Shown here one piece after another: positions 26,862 through 40,285 of a stretch of 64,000 nt of DNA. Where the stretch lies: positions 2,399,419 through 2,463,418 of the forward strand of contig NW_003314275.1 in the NCBI RefSeq assembly GCF_000143415.4, given 5' to 3'. This DNA is from Selaginella moellendorffii (Eukaryota > Plantae > Lycopodiophyta). Numbering within the stretch: position 1 is the first letter of the stretch; each line of letters starts with the position of its first letter. A model generated the notes under the pieces. It saw only the letters and a program-made list of their open reading frames with translations, was not told the DNA's origin and searched no databases. The position numbers and the translations under genes were made by a program.

Positions 26862-29829
26862 TGTCAAGAATCCCTCAATTCTTGCCACATTCCTGACTCT
26901 CACCAAATTCCTGACCTGCAGACCACATTCTTGACTTTCGAGACACTTCCTTATTCTTGACTCTCTGATTTCTCATATAATTCCTGAATTTCAAGAGACA
27001 TTCCTGATGATGACGTGGTGCCTCCTCAACTTTAACTATATTTAGGCCGTCTTCGATCCAAAAGTGGTGGAGCTTCATCAACCTATAGTATATATAAGTT
27101 AGCCTTGTTCCATTTCTCCACAATCTGAATCAACACCAGTCTAAGGCTTTTTTTTCATTTCCATTAGTTTTTCTTTTTGTCTTTTGCATTTTTGAGTCTT
27201 GATCTTGTTGGGGGTCTCGACAGTTTGATTCAGATTGTGTTTTTTTCATTTTTGCTTTAGCTCGTTTTGATTGTTTGATTGTCTTTGCCTTTTTCCCCCT
27301 TTTTCTTTCTTCTTTGCCAATGGAGTCTTCAAGCCATCTTGGTTTCTTTGCCAAAATCCTTACAAAAATCCAATCTAAGAATACCGAGTTGAAGGCGACC
27401 TTTCTTTGCATGCAACAGGAGCTTGCTTCACTTTTGGCTCAAGGATCCAGCAAAGTTCTTGAACCAAAGGTGAGTTTCCTGGCAAAATTTTCAAGCAAGC
27501 GTTCAGAGCTTCGTGGATTCCTGAACCAGATGGAGCTGATCTTCGCACTTCAACATCGGCGGTACCCCACTCTCGAGTCTCAAATCGGTGCGATTGGGAT
27601 GTTGCTCGATTGTGCAACTTTGTCATGGTTTTCTCCTCTCCTAGAGAAGAGCATGAAAGGGGTCGTGGTTCCAGAGCTGATGGATCTTCAGTTGTTCAAA
27701 GAGAAGCTCGAAGCATGTTTTGGCGAGACAGATTGGGTTTAGGCTGCCACCACAAAGATGAGACGTCTCTCTCAGGGGTCTCGTCCTACCTCGATCTATG
27801 CTGCAGAGTTCTAACTCCTTGCCTTTGACACTCAGTGGGATGAGTGGGCCCTGATTGATCAATTTCGTTTCGGCCTCAACAATGGTGTCAAAGATTTTTT
27901 TCTCACCATGGAGGATCCCACGGACCTGTCAAACGCCATCAACAAAGCTGTTCAATGTGACAATCATCTCTTTGAACATCATCAGGAAAGTCGCCGCACC
28001 GCCGTTTTCCCGTCCCAGACTTAGGAATCCCAGCTTGAGTCTTTGGGGCATACTCCCAAACTTACTACTCTAGTCCCGATGGATATTTTTGGTACTCCCT
28101 GACTCATCAGAGGGAAGTTGAGTCCTACTAAGAAGCAACGTCAAATATCTCATAATCTTTGCCTCTACTATGTTGATCTTAATCACAAAGCAACTGTATG
28201 TCCCAAGAAGCCTCCCTGACTGCTCGAGTTCACTCTACCTCAAGGTCCACCTTTGTTGTAGTTAGGAAACGACCCTGTCCAAACAAAATAGGAGTTGTCT
28301 ATTTGGACTCCCCGAATAAAAATCACTTTTCTTCTTTATCAAGCTCCTCACCACCTTTCATCAAAGCCACCACCAATTCCCGCAACTTCCTCATCCTATG
28401 TCTCGTTTCTTTCACCGGACAATCAAGACTCAAGGCTCTAGTGCTACTGGACTCAAGTGCAACTTCCTGCTTCATAGACACAGACTTTGCTGCCTGACAT
28501 CATGTTCCTCTTTCTCCTACCATATGGGATCTGAGGGTTGAAGGCATCGGCGGACATTTTGTGTTTCCATCTTCTGGCCTTAGGGAAACGTTGCCTGTTC
28601 GAGTACACATCAGGTCCACCGTCACCGATATCACCTTCAACATCATCAACAGCAAGTCCTCCTTTGTGGTGCTCGGCCTTCCTTGATTCCAACTACACCA
28701 GCCTCAAATATGTTGGAAGGAATTACAGCTCGTCTCTCCCACGTCATCATCTCCCACAGCTTCCCCTACTGTTCATCGAGTCCAACTCAAGAACTTGTTT
28801 TCCTTTTTGCTTTGCATGCTTCTCCTATCAGTCTTCCTGAAAAGTATCATGATTTTGGGGATGTGTTTGACAAGAAAAAAGTTAGTGCACTGCCTGTTCA
28901 TTAGCCTTATGACTGTCTCATTGATTTACAGGAAGGAGTGTCACCTCCGTGGGGGCTTATCTAAGGGTTATCTCCGTCCAAGCTTAAGGCCCTTAAAGGG
29001 TATGTGGATGAGAATCTTGCCTCAGGGTACATTCAGCATTCACAATCCCCGACTGGAGCGCTTGTCTTCTTTGTCAAGAAGAAGGATGGGAGTTTACGAC
29101 TAGTCATCAACTACTGAGGTTTGAACATGCTGACTATTCGGAACCGTTATCTGCTGCCCTTGATCTCGGACCTATTGGAACACCTCGGTGGTGCCCACTT
29201 CTTCACCAAGATCGACCTCTATGGAGCATACAACTTGATCTGGATCCAGCCTGGTGACGAATGGAAGACTGCGTTCTGAACCCGCTATGGCTTGACAAAT
29301 GCTCCAGCAGTTTTTCAACACATGGCGAACAACGTCTTTCGGGAGTTTCTTGATCAGATGGTGATCGTCTACCTCGACGACATCCTCATCTACTCAAAAA
29401 CTCATGAGGAGCACGCTGAGTATGTGCGCAAGGTGCTGGTGAAGCTGTGGGAACATGGCCTATACGCGAAGCTTGAGAAATGTTCCTTCGATTAGGAGTC
29501 TGTGGAGTTCCTTGGGTACATTGTCACTTCTAAGGGCATCATGATGGATCTTACCAAAGTCAAGATTATTCTTGAATGGGAGCTTCCACAATCAATGTTG
29601 GATGTTTAGGTTTTCCTTGGCTTCGCCAACTTCTACCGCAAATTCATTGATCACAACTCTAACATTGTCCTTCCTCTCACACATCTCACTCGCAAGGATG
29701 TTCCCTTCTCTTGGTCTGCTACTGCTCAGCAAGCCTTCGACACACTCAAGGCGGCCTTCAATTCTACTCCCATCTTGATCCACGCTGATCCCTCACAACC
29801 TTTCTTTATCGAGGCTGACACCTCCAATT

Positions 29830-32800
29830 TGTAAGCGACTAAATTTTCCATTCTACTTTAGTCACTTAACCACGCCTCCAACCACTTGGAGGAGTCCTAT
29901 TCACCACCTCCATAAGTCCAATCCAGGACTTGGGACTTGCTAGCCCCGAGAATGGCATCTATGCCACTCACCATTTGCACTTGGTCCAAGTGCTCCACGT
30001 GTCCGATCCCATGACCGACACTCAAAGGTACCACCGACATAGCAGCCCGTTACGCTAAGGCCATGCCCAATCACCTTTGCCACACTGATAGTCCAATACC
30101 ACTTGCATCACCGTCTTGGCTCTCCAAGACTAGGCAAACCATCCGTGAGTGGTCATCTCAGATCCACTCCTTAGCATCCTTAGGATGCCCACCGACAAGG
30201 GGAATAGCCTTCCCCAATATCCCTCTGTCAGTCCCCACTAAGTCCCTTTTTGCCCCTGGCCGTGTTTGCCAACACTGCCACTGGATCGAGACCCACAGGC
30301 CCGACCACTAAGTCCCACGGTCCTCTGGGACTTCCTCACCACACGACTGTGTCCTTGGTCACTACCCCAGAGGACTGCTCCTCTTCCTTTCCACAGTCTG
30401 GGCCTTTGGGACAACATTTCGGAACACCGTGGCCTTACGCGAGCCACCTGGGTACTCTCCTCGCCTTCTGCCCTTGGGTGCTCTAGCCATGGGCTTAGAG
30501 CGGGTTCCGTTGAGCCACACCAGGTATCCAAGTAGGTAGTGCCACCCACACTTGGACTGGGAGCATCGGCCAGTCGATCTCCCGGGGGAACTAGAGCCGG
30601 CTCTTGGACACTTCACCAAGCTACCCCGCTTGTCGGTCTGTGTTCACTCTAGTCTTGGACTTCCCAGTGGGCAGCTCCTCACCCAACACTGGGTCCGGCC
30701 TTCCTGGGCCAAACTGGCCTTTCCTGGCCAAACTGGCTCCACTGCAGTCCTCCCCCTACTATACTTTTGGAGCTCACCAAACCCCCCAGGGTCTGGGAGA
30801 CGAACGCTTTGGGCTTTCACCCTCTCAGGCTCCGGACTCGGACTCGGACTCGGACTCGGACTCGGATTCGGACTCGGACTCAGGCTCGGGCTCGGTCTCG
30901 GCCTCGGCCTCGGTCTCGGTCTCGGTCCCGATCTCGGTCTCAGTCTCGGTCTCGGTCTCGGTCCCGGTCTCGGTCTCGACTTCGGACTCCATCTCGGACT
31001 CCATCTCGGACTCCATCTCGGGTCCATCTCGGACTCCATCTCAGACTCCATTTCGGGTCCATCTCGGACTCCATCTCGGACTCCATCTCGGGTCCATCTC
31101 GGACTCCACTTCGGACTCTAACTCGGGTCCATCTCGGGTCCACCTCGGACTCCACTTCGGACTCCATCTCGGACTCCATCTCGGGTCCATCTCGGACTCC
31201 ACTTCGGACTCCAACTCGGGTCCATCTCGGACTCCACTTCGGACTCCAACTCGGGTCCATCTCGGACTCCACTTCGGACTCCAACTCGAGTCCATCTCAG
31301 ACACTCCCACGTGTCATGTGTTGGTCCTTTTGGGTCCCTTTTTGGAGCCTTGCCTTTTGCTCGCTTCGCGCTCGTTCCTCGAGCACTTCGTTGGGAGTTC
31401 CACTCCCGCTCTTGACTTTTCAAGTCGGAGCTTTTGGTCCAAACGTGTTACACTCGTTTGGCTCTCGCTTCGGCCACTACCATGTGGCGCCCTTCCGGCT
31501 CCACTTTGGGGCCTAGGGATTTTGTGTCTCACAACTCCACCACCCATAGACGAAGTTCGATGTCCTCATCGAACGGTAAACCATTTTATAAAGTAACACC
31601 CTCATGTGTTACCATTTCCATCCTTGGCACCTAGCCAATATTTGTCAATGGTTTGACATTGAAGGCTCACCATGCCTTCTGCATATTCGTCAATGGTTTG
31701 ACACCAAAGGCTCACCATGCCTTGCCCATCCTCTAAGGAGGGTAGTCTCTCCAACTTAGAGACTGATTGGACCACATGTAGTGGTTCTCTCCTTTCATTG
31801 GTTTAGTTCTCGCTAAACCTCTTAGAGACCCTTCTCTAAGTCAATCCCACTACTCCTTCTCGAGTAGTCTCAATTTCCATCGATATAACCTTTGCACTTT
31901 GGAGCCTTGAATTTTGACTTCTTGGAGTCAATTTCCTAGGTGTCTCCGACACCTTGCCTTGCACCTTTTTGTGCAACTCCACTTCCCATCCTAGGAAGTT
32001 CTCTACTCGAGGGCACCATCATCCTCTCTTCTATTTCGTGCCAAAGTTCCAGTTATCATACTTTGTGCTAGGGCTGTTCATGGCCCTATCATTTGGCTAC
32101 CTTACTGCTCCCTCCCTTGGAGCTTCCACTTTCGCCAAATCGGAGCATTTCGGAATCCTTCCTTGGAAACACACTTCCTTTCCCGCAACTTGTTAGCGTC
32201 CAACACATTAGTGTTCCTCGCCTAACTTTGTCACTTGGATTCCTTCCAAGGGATTCCACGGCCCTATCTTGGCCACTCATCTTTTGCTCCTATCCGTTGA
32301 TTGTTGCACCAAGCAACATCGAATCTCTACCTCCCTCCTTGAGGTATTGTTTCGGTTCCATAGCAAAGACTCTTCTTTGCCAAGTCCAGGGGATGTTCAC
32401 CCCTAGTACGTCTCTTTAGCATCTTCTGCTATGGGCTCTATCCTCGGCCCAACTTCGTGACCCCCCCATGGGTCTTTTATAGAGACTACTTTCCTCGGAC
32501 TCACTATGCCATCGCACGGACATACTTTATTTCCCTTAGGTGCTCTTCCCACTTGGTCATCACAACCAAGCCACACCACCTTAAACAGTTCAATTTCAAT
32601 ATTTTGAACCAGGAACTTCATTCCTTAGCCAACCAAGGACCTTGTCCTTATCTGGCCATAAGATCACCTAGTGATTTCACCTTGGCACCTTAACAGAGTT
32701 GCCAAGAGGTACTTGGTCTTCTAGACCTCCAAGTTGTTGACTATAACCCCGGGGGCATCCCCCACACTTGGCGGTGCACCCAAGCCAGCCCCTACAGCCA

Positions 32801-35800
32801 AGGGTTCATAGCAACTGAGATTAGGTGTCCCCATCTCACTCACCACGACTTTGGTGCCACTTGCACCAAAGCGTTCAAGTTAGATATGCTGAGCTTTCAC
32901 ACTAAGCAATCTAACCGTGCATCACGACTCCGAGGCATCCCTCGCTTGGCGGTGTGCCCAAACCAGTCTCCCCACTGAGAGTCCATGACCACCGAAATAT
33001 GAGTGTCCTCATATTCCAAACCATCACCACGCCCTAGTGATTTGGGACTCGAACCCAAGCACTAGAGGGTCAGGACTCGAACCCAACCTCCGTATATGCA
33101 TCTACGGACGGCATCACACAAGATGCCTGGCGTGACTCCCCACGCCGGTGCACCAACTTATTTTTTAAAGCGCGCTACAGATCACAGCTTAGGAACCTAG
33201 TTCCTCCACACTGCCAAGTCCTCTCACTTGACATGTCTGTGATCATGCATGGACTCCTCCATGCTTGGCCCCATGGCCCACCCTTTTTGAAGTTATCACC
33301 TTCAACTAGGGTATTTGTTCCCCCAACGTGCCAATCTCGCTTGGCAAGTCCTCCGACCACTGTAACATGGTTCCTGCATAAGCGTGAAAGTCCTTGACCA
33401 TCGACTTTCGTTCAAAGCCCTCTCTTTGAACACTCGGGAACTACTTCCCTAACCTTGATAGCCTTGCCTCATGGCAAGCTTCAAGACCACACTTCTGCTG
33501 CGCCACTCTGATTTCGCGCGTTCCATGAACCATTTACACTTGGCCTTTCTAGGTACTAAGCTACCTAGAATCGTCTTTGGGAACCTTGAAGGAACTCTGT
33601 CCCTCAGCTTGCTAAGGCCTCCCTTTTTGCAAGCCTTCCAAATGCCACATAGTCTAACATGGACAATTCCATATTTTAGACTCTCCATGGCATCACGATT
33701 GCTAGCGGCAACACCCTCGAGCCCCCACTTGATTCTCCACTCCCAGCTGGCATAACCAACCTTGGTTATGCCCTTTGATTCCTACGGTTCGGTTCTATCA
33801 CCTTACTTCTTGCTTTTTGGTTTCACACCTTTCCTTTGGTCATTCTCCTCCAGACCAGGAGGATAGCTTTGCACTTTCTATCATGCCTTAGCAAGTATTC
33901 TTAGGGATGAACCTACCCAATAGCCCAGGGAGTGGTTCCTCAATCCGGGTATGCTCATCTTATAATCCCACACACTGGGATTACATTGTTGCTTATGGGC
34001 CTTTACATGCCCATCACTAGCCTTGCCAAAATTCCATTTTTGGCTTTGTCCAACTTGGGTAGACAGTCCTCTCCTGTCTCCGCAACCTTGGACATTTGGA
34101 TAGCACCTTCTATCCATCATTCGCTAAGGACTTAGTCCCTTGGGCTTTATCCATTGCCCTCGCGACATTAAACAACACCTTCTGGTGTTCTAGAGTGTTC
34201 GGGTGTCCCAATGATGGCTTTCTTGACAATGAGTATTTCCTTTTATGACATTGACTTACTATATCGCAACATAAGCAACTTATCCCCCGTAAGGGTATAT
34301 CTGACTTCCCTATGCTAGAAGTCTTGGGTAGCTACCCTCTACCCATTTAGCCAGTTATTTTGCACCTCTTGCTTAGTTGCCTCATAGTTGTCAAGTCCTA
34401 CAACTCATTGCTTGGTGCTTTCATACCTCCATCATTATCTGGGTCACCACACTCCAATTGCATGCTCTGCAGCTTAGGCTACGCCATTCCCATTTCCATT
34501 GGGATTCCTTTGGCAAGGGGTTCTCATGAACCCACCAACATAGCCTCAAGGTATCACACCTTGGCACATTTGGTGTCTCCACACCATCGGCTCCACGAGC
34601 CTACCTCTATGACACTTCCCCTTCGTGTTTAAGTCTTTGCCAAGACCAACACCGCTCTTTCTCATGCCAACCATCCGTTAGCACTGCACCATAGAGGTCA
34701 CACACAACTTTGTGTCAAAGTTATTTTCTTCTGGGAACACCTTTCCCATAACTTTAGCATGGCACATTTTGCCATCGATGAGATACCCTCTGTTCCCATC
34801 CTTGGATCCTATGATCCCCCCCATCCTTTGTGGGGTACAACACACCTCAGTCCAAATGCTTCCATCAGTCCTTTTAGGACCATCCGTTGACTCTACTTGA
34901 GTCATCCAGCAGTTTTGGACTTGGTTAATCCACAGACCCGTAAGGTCCTACTTGTGAGGCACTAGCTCACTAGAATACACTTCTTGCATTCCTGTCCTAC
35001 TCAAAAGGACTATTTTCACAAGTGTTACTCCGACACTTGATTTTGTTCTCTAGGGGCAACCTTTGCCCCTTAGGACTACTTGTCCATGTGATGAGAACAC
35101 CAACTCATCCACTTAATACACCCCCAACTCCTTAGGTTGTTCCAACATTTATTAGAGGTAGCCCCGGCTACCTTTTCAAGGACTTGAGTCCTCTTCCGTT
35201 TTTGACCTTCCACGGTCATTACTTCTGGTCTCACATTCATGAGCACCAACCTCAACCATGTGAGGATAAACTTGTGACTCCTTTATTGCTTTGGAGTCTT
35301 TATCTTTCCCGTGATCCCAACTGTAGTTGTTTACCACAACTACATTAGCCAGTTTGCTAAGTCAAACGCTCATTTGGATCACATCCTCAACTCAATGAGG
35401 AAAACCTTGCACTGTTCCCAAGATCCCAAAGTCGTTCCATTATTGGCCCTTTTCTATCCACCACCTCGTCTACAAGTTCACACATGAACTGTAATGGAGA
35501 GCCATGTCTTCCCGACTTGCTACTCCTCAAGGATAGGCCCACTCCTCGGACCTTCCGATGCCAACACTAGTGGTGATGTACTTGAGCACCAATAAAAGTC
35601 GGACTAAGGAACAGCTCCGATACCAAGTTGTAAGCGACTAAATTTTCCATTCTACTTTAGTCACTTAACCACGCCTCCAACCACTTGGAGGAGTCCTATT
35701 CACCACCTCCATAAGTCCAATCCAGGACTTGGGACTTGCTAGCCCCGAGAATGGCATCTATGCCACTCACCATTTGCACTTGGTCCAAGTGCTCCACGTG

Positions 35801-37378
35801 TCCGATCCCATGACCGACACTCAAAGGTACCACCGACATAGCAGCCCGTTACGCTAAGGCCATGCCCAATCACCTTTGCCACACTGATAGTCCAATACCA
35901 CTTGCATCACCGTCTTGGCTCTCCAAGACTAGGCAAACCATCCGTGAGTGGTCATCTCAGATCCACTCCTTAGCATCCTTAGGATGCCCACCGACAAGGG
36001 GAATAGCCTTCCCCAATATCCCTCTGTCAGTCCCCACTAAGTCCCTTTTTGCCCCTGGCCGTGTTTGCCAACACTGCCACTGGATCGAGACCCACAGGCC
36101 CGACCACTAAGTCCCACGGTCCTCTGGGACTTCCTCACCACACGACTGTGTCCTTGGTCACTACCCCAGAGGACTGCTCCTCTTCCTTTCCACAGTCTGG
36201 GCCTTTGGGACAACATTTCGGAACACCGTGGCCTTACGCGAGCCACCTGGGTACTCTCCTCGCCTTCTGCCCTTGGGTGCTCTAGCCATGGGCTTAGAGC
36301 GGGTTCCGTTGAGCCACACCAGGTATCCAAGTAGGTAGTGCCACCCACACTTGGACTGGGAGCATCGGCCAGTCGATCTCCCGGGGGAACTAGAGCCGGC
36401 TCTTGGACACTTCACCAAGCTACCCCGCTTGTCGGTCTGTGTTCACTCTAGTCTTGGACTTCCCAGTGGGCAGCTCCTCACCCAACACTGGGTCCGGCCT
36501 TCCTGGGCCAAACTGGCCTTTCCTGGCCAAACTGGCTCCACTGCAGTCCTCCCCCTACTATACTTTTGGAGCTCACCAAACCCCCCAGGGTCTGGGAGAC
36601 GAACGCTTTGGGCTTTCACCCTCTCAGGCTCCGGACTCGGACTCGGACTCGGACTCGGACTCGGATTCGGACTCGGACTCAGGCTCGGGCTCGGTCTCGG
36701 CCTCGGCCTCGGTCTCGGTCTCGGTCCCGATCTCGGTCTCAGTCTCGGTCTCGGTCTCGGTCCCGGTCTCGGTCTCGACTTCGGACTCCATCTCGGACTC
36801 CATCTCGGACTCCATCTCGGGTCCATCTCGGGTCCATCTCGGACTCCATCTCGGACTCCATCTCGGGTCCATCTCGGACTCCATCTCAGACTCCATTTCG
36901 GGTCCATCTCGGACTCCATCTCGGACTCCATCTCGGGTCCATCTCGGACTCCACTTCGGACTCTAACTCGGGTCCATCTCGGGTCCACCTCGGACTCCAC
37001 TTCGGACTCCATCTCGGACTCCATCTCGGGTCCATCTCGGACTCCACTTCGGACTCCAACTCGGGTCCATCTCGGACTCCACTTCGGACTCCAACTCGGG
37101 TCCATCTCGGACTCCACTTCGGACTCCAACTCGAGTCCATCTCGGACACTCCCACGTGTCATGTGTTGGTCCTTTTGGGTCCCTTTTTGGAGCCTTGCCT
37201 TTTGCTCGCTTCGCGCTCGTTCCTCGAGCACTTCGTTGGGAGTTCCACTCCCGCTCTTGACTTTTCAAGTCGGAGCTTTTGGTCCAAACGTGTTACACTC
37301 GTTTGGCTCTCGCTTCGGCCACTACCATGTGGCGCCCTTCCGGCTCCACTTTGGGGCCTAGGGATTTTGTGTCTCACA
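29830..37378 (-). mobile_element. Young non-autonomous (LARD-like) LTR retrotransposon nested in the chromovirus RNase H region
   Basis: LTRs 29830-31533 and 35629-37378 (TGT...ACA). TSD CAATT at 29825-29829 and 37379-37383, empty site at ~19199. tRNA-iMet PBS TGGTATCGGAGC on the minus strand at 35614-35625; PPT-like GGGTGGTGGAGT next to 31533. No long ORF in the 4.1-kb interior. Confidence 0.93.
30833..31300. repeat. LTR-internal compound satellite: (CTCGGA)n/(CTCGGT)n grading into 11-12-bp units CTCGGACTCCAT / CTCGGGTCCAT
   Basis: Read directly; also at ~36632-37147 and ~63135-63437. Confidence 0.95.
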
Positions 37379-40285
37379 CAATTTTGCCATCGGTGCTGTG
37401 TTGTTTCAACTCAGAGCGGATCAGTAATTTCATCCGGTCGCTTTCTATTCTCATAAATTCCAGCCTGTGGAGATCAATTACGAAATCCACAACAAGGAGC
37501 TCCTTGCCATCGTGGATTCCTTTGGAGAGTGGCATCATTTCTTGGAGGGGGCAAGCCATCAAACAATAGTTTGGACGGATTATAAAAATCTTGAGTACTT
37601 TGCCACTTCTTGAGTTTTGAGCCGTCGTCAGGCAAGGTGGGCACAATTCCTAAGTCAATTTAACTTTGTTATCAAGTACAGACCTAGAAAGCTTCAAGGC
37701 CTTCCTGATGCTCTTTTAAGGCACTCCTATCTCAGTCTCAAGCCTTGTAATCTTGCCTTCGATCAACAAGATCAGGTTATCCTTGGTCCTGATCGGCTTC
37801 AAGTTATGGCAATTTCCCTGGTCCCTCAGGACTCCTCCTTGATGGATGCAATCAGAAACGATCTTCAATCCGACGACCTTGCCAGCGACATTTTCCCCCA
37901 TCTTTAAGCTGGACACCCAGTGACTCCCGATTGCCAGCAATTTGATGAGTTCGAGTTCTTAGATGGCTTGTTGTACCGTGGGGAGCAACTTTACGTTCCT
38001 AAAGGTGATGCTCGAAGGTTGGTCCTGATGGCGTGCCACAATAGCCTGACTGCTAATCACTTCGGCATTGTGAAAACCTATGAACTGGTTGCACAAGACT
38101 TTTGGTGGCCTCACATAGATGACTACATCAAAGCTTTTGTTACCTCTTGTGACACTTGCGCCCAGAATAAAGTACCTTGCCACCTTCCTTCAGGTTTGCT
38201 TCGTTCCCTCCTGGTCCCTTCAGGTCCTTGGGAATCCATCTCCATGGATTTCTTGAGTGATCTTCCGAGTTCTAGAGGCTTCAAAGGCATTTTAGTCATA
38301 GTGGATCTCTTCACAAAGATGGCACACTTCCTACCATGTACCAAGGAGTTTTCGGGTGAGGACATGGCAAAACTGGTATTTAGGGAAATTTTTTGACTTC
38401 ATGGGATTCCTGCAGATGTGGTTTCGGATCGAGGACATCAATTCATCTCTCATTTCTGGCAACGGTTCTTGCAGCTGCTTGGAGTGAAGGCCAACCTCTC
38501 TTCGGCGTATCATCCTCAAACTGATGGATAGTCCAAGCGAACAATTCAGACGTTGAAACAATTCCTAAGATGCTTTATCAATTATCATCAGGATGACTGG
38601 TTCGATATCTTTCCCCTTGTTGAGTTCTCCTATAACAATTCTATTCACTCCTCCCTTCGAGTTTCCCCCTTCTTTGCGAACTCTGGCCGAAATCCCCAAT
38701 TCAATCTCTCACTTCCTTCTCCATCTGAATCCTCTTGTTCAAATCCCTGCTCTGAGGCATTTGTCTCCAACCTCCAGGAAATCCACAACTCCATCTCCTT
38801 CCACCTCCATCGTGCTTTAGGAATTTCACAAAACATTTGCCAATATCCATCGTCAGGATTGTCCCCCTTACAATATCGGGGATAAAGTTTGGCTCCTCAA
38901 GTGAAATATCTCCACCACCAGACCATGTCCCAAACTTAATTTCAAATGCCTCGGTCCTTTCCCTATCACTACCATCATTAATCCTGTCACTTATCACCTT
39001 GCACTTCCTTCCTCATATCAAATTCACCCCATTTTTCACTCCTCTCTCCTTGAGCTTTATATTCCCAGTCCTATTCCAAATTGGGTCATTCCTCCACCTC
39101 CACTAGTGCAGCTCGAGGATGGGTGTGAGTACGAGGTTCAGAACATCCTTGATTCCAATATCTAAATTCTACTATCTGGTAGATTGGAAGGGTTACGGAC
39201 TTGAGAAACGCACCTGGGAACCTGCGGACAACCTAATTCATTCTCCTGACCTTGTTCGGGACTTCTACTACCGCTATCCTTCTCATTCTAGTCCTCATTC
39301 TTTTTCTCCATCTTCTGTCCCTCACTGCCCATCTCATCCTCCTCTTTGTTCTCATTCACATCCTCGTTCCACTCGTTCTTGAGAAGGGGCTGTTGTCAAG
39401 AATCCCCAATTCTTGCCACATTCTTGACTCTCACTGGATTCCTGACCTACAGACCATATTCTTGACTTTCGAGACACTTCCCTATTCTTGACTCTCTGAT
39501 TTCCCGTACGATTCCTAAATCTCGAGCCACATTCCTGATGATGACGTAGCGCCTCTTCGACTTTAGCTATATTTAGGCCGTCTTCGATCCAAAAGTGGTG
39601 GAGCTTCATCAACCTATAGTATATATAGGTTAGCCTTGTTCCATTTCTCCACAATCTAAATCAACGCCAGTCTAAAGTCTTTTCTTCATTTCCATTAGCT
39701 TTTCTCTTTGTCTTGGGGCTCTCGGGGAGAGTTGCAGTTCTCAACTTTTCAGGAGGGCGTGAATTTGCAAGGAAGTGTGGTACATTGTAAACTAATTTGA
39801 GAAATGATTTATAAAGGTTCAAATATAAAGGGCACCATTTTTTAAGCTCTATTTCGTTAAAGTGGGAATTGTCATTATCCCACTTGTAAAATAAGGTTTC
39901 CAAACCTTTGTATAGTATATAAATATAACAAAATTCAACTGCATTGAGGCACATGCCATTTTATTTTAAACAAGGAAATGTCTACTCAATCACTTCTCCT
40001 CCCCCTGCCACTGCTTCACCTCTCTCTTCTCCTTGTCATCGTCGTCCAATTTCTTTCCATCCTTTTAATATTGGCTCAGTTGCTCCGAGTCTAGGTGGAG
40101 CCCAAGTCCCCATTCAATCTTTACTTTCCCCTTATTAATAAAACAACTTTGTAGACTTCCAATAACATGCTGTAACACTTCTAGTATAATGCAAATCCTC
40201 TCAAAGAATTGTCTTTTAATATTAATACAATGGCATGGAACCCCATGCCATAATAAGTTACATTTTTAAATAAATACATGCCATC

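Larger units (their letters stand above)
26862..39714 (+). mobile_element. Chromovirus copy B: 5' LTR 26862-27222, truncated 3' LTR 39394-39714, interrupted by a nested LTR element; defective
   Basis: Same domains as copy A, with GAGTG on the left flank. Internal deletions; the 3' LTR end and ~630 bp of flank are deleted. Confidence 0.95.

Noticed and set aside
30552-31596. SD-repeat, RS-rich and GL-repeat ORFs (also 36351-37456 and 62863-63732) resembling adhesins or SR proteins
   Set aside because: They are translations of a stop-free satellite inside LTRs, open in many frames on both strands.
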